64,000 nucleotides of DNA from Macrostomum hystrix (taxonomy: Eukaryota > Animalia > Platyhelminthes), in assembly GCA_950097015.1 (NCBI GenBank), contig CATNEN010000031.1:1674001-1738000 (forward strand), written 5' to 3'. Under the pieces are notes generated by a model. The model did not search any database. It saw only the letters and a list, made by a program, of their open reading frames with translations, and was not told where the DNA came from. The translations under genes were made by a program, and so were the position numbers. Positions within the stretch are counted from its first letter, which is position 1. Each line of letters begins with the position of its first letter. Of the stretch, positions 53,401 to 60,942 are shown piece by piece.

Positions 53401-56400
53401 TTAGTGCTCGGGTAATTGCATTAGCATTAGCTCGGGTAATTGAAGATGGGTGTGGCGTCTTCCTGGCGACATTTCGCTGGCTCCTGAGCACACACTCACA
53501 CAGATGTAAGACCTGGAGGTCTGGAGTTCGAATCTTTCCCTATTGTTTTAGTTTCCACTCAGCCGAGAAATGGGTACTAGAATTTGCTAGGGAAGAAATT
53601 TGTGCTGTGAGAAGCCTTTTTGGAAGCTGTGCCTGTGCCACTGTTCTTTCTAACACAGTTCAACCTCATTTCAGGAAGCCACACGCGTGCAAGCGCATGC
53701 AGATTGTTGAATTTAAGAGACAGAAATTAGTCGACTGTGTTGTGGACACTGTTTTACATCGGCGTCCACCAAATCACGCAGGCCAGAATGAGGCGGTCGG
53801 TGTAATTAGATGCGTAGCACGCGTCCACCATCCCTTCTACCTGATTTTTGTGCACTACGGCAAATTGCGGAACCCCAATAAAAATCTGAAGGACCCACAC
53901 CATGGTCTTTCTTCGTGGTCACGGTCACGCTTGCACAGGTGTGTTCCATGCCTATGGCAAGCAATGATTGCCAGGCTTAAAAGCCTCATAGGGTGTCTCC
54001 TTATAGCTGGTCAGGGGGAGAATTGGGGTCAAATTGGATCCTAAAATTTCTTAGAAAATGGTTCTAGCTCTAACAAGCAAAGGCTTTTTAGTGGCGCACT
54101 AGAAGCAATTGGCTAGTTGGTTAAAAGGCGTTCTTATCTGTGCGCTATCTGCTTATCTCTTACGCATAGGTATCTTATTTCCAAGTTCTAGGCTTCATTC
54201 AGTTAAACGATTTTAAGTCTACCAACTTATTCAATACCTTCCGACTTCACAAGGGTAAGAAACAAAAGAAAACGGAGCCCCTTTGTGCTATGATAAACTT
54301 TGTGAGTCATTAATTTGGCCGATAGTTAAATAACTGAAGACCAATACTTTGAATTGAAATAAAGGAGAAGGCACGAAGGCCAAACATTTATGGACAGCAA
54401 GAGAGGGAACGAGATTATCTGAGACGTCAGACGCGAGATGCAACGACTATGGAGCTATGCAGAGAAGCCACTAAGCAGCTGCCCTGTTCCAACACGGCCT
54501 GTTTCTGCAGCGAAAAGGCTGACAGTCATCACGCTGTCTGCTCACCACCCCCTACTTAGTTATTCGCCAGGATCGGGCGGGACATCTGGCAGGAGGGGTC
54601 CCGGAGAGTATATAAGCATAGCATCGAGTGGGAGAATAAGAGCTCGGAGAACTGGGAAACGGCCGGCACAATAAGTGGGGGAGGGCGACTGCCCTCGCTC
54701 TGGCCAGTGTGAGTCATGCGCGCACGCACACATCAGAGTCGAGTAGATTGGAAAATAAGAAAAGAGGCCAGAAAGAAAGCAATGAACAAACTGAACACCG
54801 TTTTTCAAGGGTTCTCTTTTGTGTAGGATGAAATGGTCGCAGACTCAAATTTTAAACTAAAACTGGCATTTAAGAACTCACCAGTCTGATCAATAGTGAA
54901 TCGGCCCAATCCGCTGCCCGCAGTGATTACGTAGCCAACCTGTACAGTGTCGGAACCAGCGATAGCAGCAACATTCGGGTATATTGTTGTGTTGATGCGA
55001 CCGACTAGCGAGCTAACATTGACATCTTCGCGCAAAGAGAATGAGTACACAGCTTCGGAGAAGATAATGTACACTGGCGGCGGAGACGCTGGTATTACAC
55101 TAATGCTTAGAAAGATTTTGTTCTCCTTTGGTGATAGGGCACAGTCTTTGGCCTTCACAAATAAAGAATACTGCATAGCTGACAGTGGCTTGGCCAGGTA
55201 CAAGCACCCGGAGTCCTGGTCGATTACAAAATGAGAGAGCACACTAGATGGACCAGAAAGACTATATTCAATGCGGCCATTGTCTCCCGAGTCGCTGTCT
55301 ATGGCAATTAGTCTAGTAAGAAAAGAATTGACAGGAATGTCTTCGCTAACAGTGAGCGCATGCCTATAGCCATCCTGACCAGGGCTCATTGTGATGAAAG
55401 TGGGTGCATGGTCATTCTCGTCATCAATGTTGACGCGAAAGTGTAGCTCGGAGCTGAGCTCCGGGTGGCCGCTGTCGTGGGCGCGCACCAGCAGATCGTA
55501 GGTGGAAACATACTCTCGGTCTAGTAGGTCGCGCGAGGCTGTGCGCAGGACGCCAGTGTTCGAGTCTATTGAAAACGCGTTAGTGTCGCTAACACTGAAC
55601 CGAACAATTCCATTCGAACCAGCGTCCGGATCTGTAGCTGAGAATCTATTAACTTCTGTACCGATCGGTGTGTCTTCCGCGATCCGAACATCGAAAATCG
55701 ATGCAGCGAATTGCGGCTTATTGTCGTTAACGTCTAAGACACGTATCATTATATTAGCCAAAGTGGAGCAATAACTCGGCTCGCCCATATCGCACACGGT
55801 TACGTTGAGCATGTAAGTTTCACGCTTCTCTCGATCCAGTTCATTTAGCACAATCAGGCTGACACGCCGAGAGCTGCTACCGTCGTCAAATTCGCTGCCC
55901 GAAACAGTTGCGGGTCCCTCACTGAGATTGAAAGCGTAGCCAGCATTTCCAGAATCGATGTGAAATTGTAGCCTACCATTGTAGGAAGCGTACGAATCCT
56001 TGTCCTCGGCTATAAAGCTGGCCACAGTCTCACCTATTTTAACATTCTCAGGAGCGCTGAAAGTTGACACTACGGCATTCAGTGATGGCTGGCGATTAGG
56101 CACGTGGTTGGCGAAAGAACGCGACTGCAAAGACTCAAACACTCGAACAGAGACTTCATGACTATTGCGTGCCTTTCTATTGGCCTCACTTAACTGAGAC
56201 ACACTGCGAACGTGCTTAACGCAGCGCCTTCTGCTGACACTGTAGTGTAAATTGTCTAGGATATTGAATCGAACTCGCAGCTTGGGAGACTCACGGCCCG
56301 CACGGTCGGTAGCAACAATGTACATGACAATCTGGTCGTCTCTAACTTTTGTCAGGTCGCAGACTAGCTTTAGATTTCCAGTAGTGCTAATTATAGTGAA

Positions 56401-58227
56401 GCAGCTGCCGTCTAGAGGGTCGTCAGTAATTTTGTAAGTCACTGGTGAAAATGGATAGTCAAGGTCAATCGCCGGAAACTGACCAGTCTCAAAGCTTTTG
56501 TCGTTTCGCAACAAGTCGAAATCGCAAGAGTCGGATTCGAACTCTGGACGAAACTCATCCTCCGGGTTAATGTTTACATAATAGATAGCCAAGGATTCTC
56601 TGTGAATCGGATGACCCTGGTCTGAGACTCTAACGTACAGAGTGTAGTTGGCTGCCATTGTTTCGGAATCCAGCGGTCTAGTTACGACAATTTGATTGCT
56701 AACAATACCGAATGGCACATCCGGACTGTCAGCCATGCTTAGAAACAATTCTCCAGATGTAGCATCCTTATCGCCAGCCATCACGGTTAATACTGGTGTT
56801 CCAATAGTTACTCCTTCTGACACCGAATGAACTGTTGAATTGTTAGCCACTGAAGGTGGAAATTCATTACAGTCTGTCACATCCACTGTTAGAGTATGAA
56901 AGTTAAGACGATTCGGATAATCAATGTCGCGAATTCGAGCAAATACAGACAGCTTGGGTGCTGATTCAGCGTCCAACTTCGACTTGATGACTAAGACACC
57001 AGTGGCTTCATCCAGTTGCACAAAATGATTCGCCTGCAGCAAGGCGTAGATATATTTAATGTGCGGCAGCGATTGATCATAAATCGTTGAGCGATATTGG
57101 AAGATAATGGAGCCAACTGGCGCGCACTCTGGCACAGACACTGCGTATTCCACGTTAGTAAGATTTAATCCAAGCAGAAGACGATCGTTAGGATTAACAA
57201 CAAAACTGCCAGTAAAGTGTTGGCCCCGATCGGCCGGATCGCTAACTGAGAAGTTTACATTGAACTGTCTTTGACTAAGGCCGGCTGAAAAGCTGAAATC
57301 GTTGCGCAACTGCAAACGATAGGCTGAATCGGAATAGTGCACGAACTCAAAATAGTTATTGGCTTCGCTGTTTACAATTTGAACACTGGTTCGATTGCTA
57401 GCGCCTGTGAGATTCAGCCAGGCGAATACGCTGCCGGCTTTGCCTAAATTAGCGACGCGAGGCAGAACACTAACCGTACCAGTGATGGGCTGCACAGGTA
57501 CTCTGTCAAGATCCTTCACTATAACTGTAACCTGCACATCGCTATAGTTTTCTGTTATTGGACAGCTACGCGTCTTCGGGTTGACAACAATAGCCCTAAG
57601 TTTGTACTCCTTCTTCAATGGTCGACTAGTCAGTACCAGAGCTCCGGTGTGCGGATTCAGAGTAAACACGGGAGACAAGTCGCGCAGGTAGAGTACATAG
57701 GACGACTCGCCGCCAGAAGGAACTTCAACCTGCACGTGACCGACTGTAGAAAACAAACTCTGCGTGGAATCGATGCTGAATGTATAGGAGATTGCCGAAA
57801 TGAAGGGGCACAGCTCCGTTACTGCCAACACTTTTAAATAGAGCGTGCATCGGGGATGCGCAGATGTAACATTGTCGATCTCGGCCACAATTGGAACAGC
57901 AAGAGTGCCAGTGAAATTTCTATTGCTAGCGGCGATGTTGGTTGTACGCAAGCGCAGGAATGTAACACCGCCGACACGCTGCGACCATGGCACAAAGAAG
58001 GCTGCCAAATTCTCATCGGCAACTTTGAATGTCACCGCCTTGTCTGTTGCCAGGCTGATAAGCGTCCGTTGTGGCTGCACAGGTGTGTCCTTGAACTTGA
58101 ACACTGTTGCATTGTAGTAAAGCTGCGAGAACTTGAACTCAGTTGCAATATTAACTGTGTTGCTGCTAATAAAAGCCTGACTGAGAAGCAGAACGAGCAA
58201 TGCTAGGTTACAGTCACGCCTCTTCAT
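8816..58227 (-). CDS. FAT1: Fat-like giant cadherin (FAT1/2/3 - kugelei subfamily), 16 coding exons in window, 3'-incomplete
   Basis: Signal peptide (MKRRDCNLALLVLLLSQAF), then about 30 cadherin repeats (LDRE, DxND..P, AxDxG motifs). The N-terminal 'QRVGGVTFLRLRT' resembles FAT1 'YILGDFCFLRIRT' (recalled). All 16 exons have AG/GT ends, consecutive phases match, and the joined ORF is stop-free. EGF/LamG/TM regions are not in the window. Confidence 0.93.
9326..10561 (-). CDS. FAT1: Fat-like cadherin exon 15 (1236 nt)
   Basis: ATCCAG|GTA AAC AAA AGC ACC GGC (VNKSTGQVTL); several repeats; ends PVGSE|GTCTGT. Confidence 0.92.
10649..11024. repeat. Minisatellite, 28-bp unit AGATTGGGATTTATTCCCTGAATCTCCT, ~13 copies, fills intron 14
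   Basis: Direct reading; unit is internally self-complementary (GGGA..TCCC, AGATT..AATCT). Confidence 0.97.
11041..11421 (-). CDS. FAT1: Fat-like cadherin exon 14 (381 nt)
   Basis: ACACAG|GTG ACA ACC; ALDRE..LDINDNPPRF; ends SPLFA|GTGAGT. Confidence 0.93.
11773..12489 (-). CDS. FAT1: Fat-like cadherin exon 13 (717 nt)
   Basis: ATCCAG|GAC GTC AAC GAC (DVNDERPEF) after a 110-nt intron; ends TQLVQ|GTGAGT. Confidence 0.94.
12600..12721 (-). CDS. FAT1: Fat-like cadherin exon 12 (122 nt)
   Basis: TGACAG|GC GTT (GVVKTTDKLDYETIRQYNL); ends INVT|GTGAGT. Confidence 0.93.
14369..14755 (-). mobile_element. hAT (Charlie-like) MITE, 387 bp, with internal 16-bp tandem repeat
   Basis: TIR CAGGGGT(A/C)GGCAAAC; perfect 8-bp TSD TATTATAC; inverted relative to the 22-24 kb copies. 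Confidence 0.93.
16217..16514 (-). mobile_element. SINE family B (tRNA head, multi-hairpin body)
   Basis: Reverse complement of the 20406 copy, high identity. Confidence 0.88.
17058..17165 (+). pseudogene. tRNA-Lys(CTT)-like head fused to a SINE A-type 3' tail (short SINE / tRNA pseudogene)
   Basis: TAGCTGAGTC A box; TTCGG-CCTCTTAA-CCGAA anticodon arm; GGTTCGAATC B box; acceptor stem does not pair. Confidence 0.6.
19081..19345. repeat. Minisatellite, 42-bp unit ATAAGGGGTTATGGATAAGGGACTATGGATTAGGAATCATGG, ~6 copies
   Basis: Direct reading. Confidence 0.95.
20368..20406. repeat. (AAT)13 microsatellite abutting a SINE head
   Basis: Direct reading. Confidence 0.95.
20407..20745 (+). mobile_element. 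SINE family B, full length with (ATT)n tail
   Basis: A box TGGCAGAGTGG, B-box variant GAGCTCGATTCC, tail AATTATTATTATT. Confidence 0.9.
20800..20970 (+). mobile_element. Diverged SINE A-type copy with internal deletion
   Basis: CAGTGGTTTAGAG..GTTCGAATC head; GCGCCGCGGAATAGGTGCGGCTGTGCC 3' block. Confidence 0.6.
22181..22888 (+). mobile_element. hAT (Charlie-like) MITE, 708 bp, with internal (TCTCATCTCTCCCGTG)n
   Basis: Perfect 15-bp TIR CAGGGGTCGGCAAAC; 8-bp TSD TTCTAGAT matching the NTCTAGAN preference of Charlie-type hATs. Confidence 0.96.
23429..24136 (+). mobile_element. Second copy of the 708-bp hAT MITE, made by the 1248-bp duplication
   Basis: Same TIRs, same TSD TTCTAGAT, same flanks. 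Confidence 0.96.
24940..25418. repeat. Minisatellite, 20-22-bp unit AATCGGATGGGA(A)ATCCCAAAT
   Basis: Direct reading. Confidence 0.93.
26425..26645 (-). CDS. FAT1: Fat-like cadherin exon 11 (221 nt)
   Basis: CCCTAG|G TCA GTC (..VQVVAKDTPVF..GNDGEMFSLDFQT); ends G|GTAAGT. Confidence 0.9.
26692..27060. repeat. Minisatellite, 22-bp unit TTGGGATCTTTGGGATTCGTGG, fills most of intron 10
   Basis: Direct reading. Confidence 0.93.
27183..27499 (-). CDS. FAT1: Fat-like cadherin exon 10 (317 nt)
   Basis: TCGCAG|ATT CGT GCG (IRATAES..DDVNDNRPVF); ends LDLG-AG|GTGAGC. Confidence 0.92.
27540..27655 (-). mobile_element. Diverged SINE B fragment in intron 9
   Basis: GTACACTCTCACTGTG..CCCTCAAGG..AAATTGCACGACAAGCC..GCCTCGCCGCGGAATC. 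Confidence 0.75.
27665..27855 (-). mobile_element. SINE A copy in intron 9
   Basis: Minus strand GTAGCTTAGTGGTTAGAGCGTCGG..GGTTCGATTCTCCACTGGAAC; palindrome at 27722-27737. Confidence 0.82.
27875..28112 (-). CDS. FAT1: Fat-like cadherin exon 9 (238 nt)
   Basis: CCGCAG|G CAC CGC; FSVNAITGVLATTGRPLDAE; ends HILL|GTGAGT. Confidence 0.9.
28197..28745. repeat. Degenerate minisatellite, 23-26-bp unit TCAAATCGATTTTTGGGGAGGGG
   Basis: Direct reading. Confidence 0.9.
29578..29823. repeat. Minisatellite, 23-bp unit GCTCAATCACTAGCTCAATATCT
   Basis: Direct reading. Confidence 0.93.
29884..30380 (-). CDS. FAT1: Fat-like cadherin exon 8 (497 nt)
   Basis: TCACAG|GAG CTG ACA (ELTYEIAD..RLDRETRD); ends SINA-AA|GTGAGT, phase 2. 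Confidence 0.93.
30581..30800. repeat. Minisatellite, 29-bp unit GTCATTCAGCACACTCGGTCATACAGTTA
   Basis: Direct reading. Confidence 0.92.
30824..31446 (-). CDS. FAT1: Fat-like cadherin exon 7 (623 nt)
   Basis: CAACAG|GC AAC GAT (GNDLGLFNVDSDTG); ends ADFGENQ|GTGAGC. Confidence 0.95.
32345..32550 (+). mobile_element. SINE A copy
   Basis: GGTTCGATTCCCC..CTTTAGCAA..CACCCAGCTGTTAAA..TTGGGGCAGGTGTAATCAATTATT. Confidence 0.78.
37134..39993. repeat. 2.86-kb satellite of mixed 17/15-bp units (AG)AGACCAGCATTGCAT with a 1039-bp higher-order duplication
   Basis: Direct reading; rare variant units recur at +1039. Confidence 0.97.
41180..41815 (-). mobile_element. SINE A copy split by a nested SINE B (A: 41180-41348 and 41690-41815)
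   Basis: The two A halves join to the family consensus at the CORE 3' end. Confidence 0.82.
41349..41688 (-). mobile_element. SINE B nested inside SINE A
   Basis: Full body plus tail (reads (AAT)n on the plus strand, ~41349-41366). Confidence 0.87.
42540..42775 (+). mobile_element. SINE A copy
   Basis: TAGTGATAAGAGC..GTTCGATTCC..GTGTCCTTTAGAATGACACTTAACACTGCGTTGCTTCAG..CAGTCCATGGACTG. Confidence 0.82.
44346..44955 (-). CDS. FAT1: Fat-like cadherin exon 6 (610 nt)
   Basis: CCGCAG|CTG CTG CTG AAC (LLLNIVQANRHSPMF); ends YSIIS-G|GTAAG. Confidence 0.93.
45086..45442. repeat. Minisatellite, 23-bp unit AGTAGCAGTGCCATTTCTCTGAA, ~15 copies
   Basis: Direct reading. Confidence 0.95.
46455..47335. 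repeat. Minisatellite, 27-bp unit AAACTGGATCGCCAATATCTCTAATCT, ~32 copies
   Basis: Direct reading. Confidence 0.97.
47486..47622 (-). CDS. FAT1: Fat-like cadherin exon 5 (137 nt)
   Basis: CCCCAG|GC CCG (GPGSEDFYLSQNGGRLLLTRRLSYSRQSVYNLTVGATHG); ends KL|GTGAGT. Confidence 0.9.
47785..48095. mobile_element. SINE A copy (+, 47785-47955) facing an inverted tRNA-head fragment (-, 48020-48095) in intron 4
   Basis: GGGTTCGATTCC, TTTAGCAAGACACTAAACTCT, CACCCAG..AAATGGGTAC; minus-strand GCCAAGTGGTTAGAGTGCCGGAC. Confidence 0.72.
48141..48581 (-). CDS. FAT1: Fat-like cadherin exon 4 (441 nt)
   Basis: TCGCAG|TG CCT GAC (VPDEQLLLTRLPAIDPD); ends FTLT-G|GTGAGG. Confidence 0.9.
48670..49012 (-). mobile_element. 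SINE B copy ~90 bp upstream of the exon 4 acceptor
   Basis: Same hairpin blocks and head as the other B copies. Confidence 0.87.
49597..50012. repeat. Minisatellite, 23-bp unit AAGGGATTAATGAAATCGCATCC, ~16 copies
   Basis: Direct reading. Confidence 0.95.
50098..50304 (-). CDS. FAT1: Fat-like cadherin exon 3 (207 nt)
   Basis: TGGCAG|GC CGA ATA (RITTTELAIDRET..VLDVNDSPPRF); ends GTAD-G|GTAAGC. Confidence 0.93.
50346..51192. repeat. Minisatellite, 31-bp unit GGGATCGCCAGCTGTGGGATTTTAAGCCTTA, ~27 copies
   Basis: Direct reading. Confidence 0.97.
51622..51966 (-). CDS. FAT1: Fat-like cadherin exon 2 (345 nt)
   Basis: TTCCAG|GC GAG ATT (GEIRTRGQLDRES); ends AIDSQT-G|GTAAGC. Confidence 0.95.
52091..52364. 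repeat. Minisatellite, 33-bp unit GGCAGTTTAGACACTGGGAAATGACGGATTTCT, ~8 copies
   Basis: Direct reading. Confidence 0.95.
53313..53530 (+). mobile_element. SINE A 5' part fused to an inverted SINE B fragment
   Basis: GTAGCCTAGCCCAGTGGTCAGAGC..GGTTCAATTCC..GGGTGTGGCGTC then TTTCGCTGGCTCCTGAGCACACACTCACACAG. Confidence 0.7.
54882..58227 (-). CDS. FAT1: Fat-like cadherin coding exon 1 (3346 nt, ends phase 1)
   Basis: ATG at 58227; acceptor TTTTAG 9 nt upstream; ends ...GRFTIDQT-G|GTGAGT. Confidence 0.95.
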
Positions 58228-58239
58228 TTCTTCAACCTA

Positions 58240-60480
58240 AAATTTGATAATTTTAAGAATTTTTCATAGTTTTTCATATGACATATGTAAAGAATTTATA
58301 AAATAGAATCATACTAAACATATCTATACTAAGATGCTTCTTTTTCACATAAAAACTATATATACTTAGAATATATATATATATATAGCATATTGTGATT
58401 GCAACTTCTAAATTGTTACATATAAAAATTGGGGCTTTTAAGTCATTCAATACCATGTTTTTAACTTAAAGTGCATAAAATATAATATACTCAAAAACTT
58501 TATTGATTTGATTGTGTTAAATCTTATCAAATATTACCATAAAAAGTATATTGTATACTCATTTAAGAACAACTTTTTTTATATTTTCAAATTCAAGCTT
58601 CTAGAAACCTAAAATAGGCTAGTTTTAGCTATACCTATCTTTGACTAAAAAAAACAAAGCACTGGCAATAAAAAACTTTAGTTAAATAGCTTTGCTTAAA
58701 AAATGAATGTAATCCTGATCTTGCTTTTCAACTTTAATACCATATTTATAAAGCAGCCTATTTTGAGCAAAAATAAAGCGATTTGCATTATTGACTTTCA
58801 CTTATTCATAGACAACCACATAATTAAGACCATAGCAGCTACTAAAGCAAAATTGCTATGACTATGATTATGAATAAGACAAAACAAGAAGCATACATTC
58901 TAGTGGTTACTGGCTGCCTGCCACATTTGAGTTTTACCATACATAGACAATGTAAAGTGAAATAAAGTATGTAATTATACTAGGGGCCTAGTGCAAAATA
59001 ACAGGAAATTTCGGTTCACCCTAATAGATTTAAGTAGATGTACTCTAAATTTCACTACTGTATGTAGATAGGCTAAAATGTTTCTGAAAACTGCATTTTC
59101 TGACAGAATAGTCAGCTTTTTGGGATTCGTAGAATTAATTAGGAGCTAAATGAAGCACATTCAAACTTTTATCAAATATCAAACAGTTAGACTGTTAACA
59201 CTCTAACTGTCTAACTTCTCTAACTAAGCCAGCACGCGCCAAGTGCTGAAAAACTAGTTTGTAAGGCTATTAAAAGACTACCAATAAAGATATCAAAATC
59301 TTGTTATACAATCAGCAATTACAAAGATAGTCCTAAATTTGAACCTGAACGTAGGAAAATGGTACAATATGGATCACGCTGCGAGTACAGTTACAACTTA
59401 ATTTAGAAAATATACTTACACGTTCATCCCTTTGCTAACGAAAGCAAAGGATAAGGTCAATGTATTAAATCCTTTTATAATCTAATTTTTACTTCATTTT
59501 AGTTCAAGTATAATTCATAGTACTAGTAGATCCTTCGTGAATCTGAAGGATGCAGATTAAAAGAGAACACTAGGCCAATAAATATAAAAATGGCGCACGA
59601 TCGAACGCACGTTCTGTGAAATTATCAAGTTAAATAAGTCACGACAAAAAACGTAAAGACTAACAAAAATTTTATTTTTAAAGTACTGTGCACAAACCAA
59701 ATTCAATTGACGAATTAATTGAAATAAAAATTTATACCGTCCAATATAAAATAAAAAAGGCAATTTGAATTTAATTATTACAAATTTGCACGCAATCCAT
59801 CCATGACAGAATCATGATGTCAGGTTCCTAAAACACGTTACTTGTTAGTACACAATTACCAGTAAAAGGATGCTAATGCTCAAAACTAGGTATCAAAATA
59901 TCCATAGGACAAAGAACTTATATACTCTTTGAACTACATTCATCGAGAGACTTGATTAAGTGTGTATTTTAAATATACACACTTAACGTATGCTTGTTAG
60001 CGCTTGCTGATGCGCATTAAACGTTTTACTTATTGGCTTCTTGGTAGTAGGCAAAGTACGGCAATTGCCTGTTATAAAAGCTATAATATGCTAATATAAA
60101 AGCGCCAATTTTTAGGTGTTGGTTAGTTCCAAAAAACGAAAAAAGAATGACTAATTGAGCCGTAGTACCTCCTGTAAACATTTGGAGCACAGTGCTTACA
60201 ATAGAACAATTCAAATAGATCTAGTAGGGTTCTGAAGTTTTTAATTCTGAATAAAAGAATTGTTTTAAAAGTTTCGATGTACCAACACTTCGGTGCATTC
60301 TAATCTTAGCGGATTTTTTAGAATGAAAGTACATAATTAAATTATCTAATTTTCTTCTACACGCAGATTCATTCTGTGCATTCGACCATAGACTAAGAAA
60401 ACTCTGCTCTTTCCTCAACTGGAATATATTGTAGCTGCATATTGTAGCAAGCATAAGAATACACAGGCACGACTTTTGGC
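58240..60480. promoter_or_regulatory. AT-rich intergenic region between divergent Fat-like and CAP genes; candidate shared promoter
   Basis: Head-to-head geometry; YY1/Pho-like AAAATGGCGC at 59587; candidate minus-strand UTR donor T|GTAAGT near 59419. Confidence 0.35.
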
Positions 60481-60536
60481 CACCGATCTTCAGTTTAATT
60501 AATTAATTTGATCTGTGCACGGATCTAAGTTTACAG
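60480..60536 (+). other. Putative 5'-UTR exon of the CAP gene (left boundary unknown)
   Basis: Perfect donor CAG|GTAAGT at 60536/60537 and acceptor TTTTTCAG| at 60934/60935, 8 nt before the ATG; in-frame TGA at 60509. Confidence 0.55.
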
Positions 60537-60714
60537 GTAAGTGTAGCCTTACGAGTATATTTTTATATATCTTTGACCTAAAAATCGTCTGGGATAAATA
60601 AAGTTTGATTTTAAATTGAACGGATGGCCTCATTCACATTCAAATACAGTGACCATTACCATTACGAAGATCCATCTTCGATAAAAGGTTCACAGGGCTC
60701 TGTCTTTCATTGCT

Positions 60715-60880
60715 TACGTGGGGGGCCAGATGTATAACCATGCAGTGGCACAGCTGCTGTACAAGAGACTTATGTACAGCTGTTCAGTCCATGGACTGGG
60801 GGCCCACCAGTCGAGCTCTCACTCCGGACCTCTCAGTCAGTAATCTGAACCCCCCTAACCAGTGGACTACAACCTCCAGC
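60715..60880 (-). mobile_element. Short SINE A-type copy (no CORE) in the first intron of the CAP gene
   Basis: Minus-strand GTAGTCCACTGGTTAGG head, palindrome at 60785-60798, ACATCTGGCCCC 3' block. Confidence 0.68.
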
Positions 60881-60942
60881 CATTTGCTGGCAAAAGTTTG
60901 GATACCATATCTCATATCTCTTTAATTTTTTCAGGAGTCAGC

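Noticed and set aside
53352-54044. 230-aa plus-strand ORF
   Set aside because: It begins inside a SINE, runs through chimeric repeat sequence, and shows no recognisable domain or codon bias.
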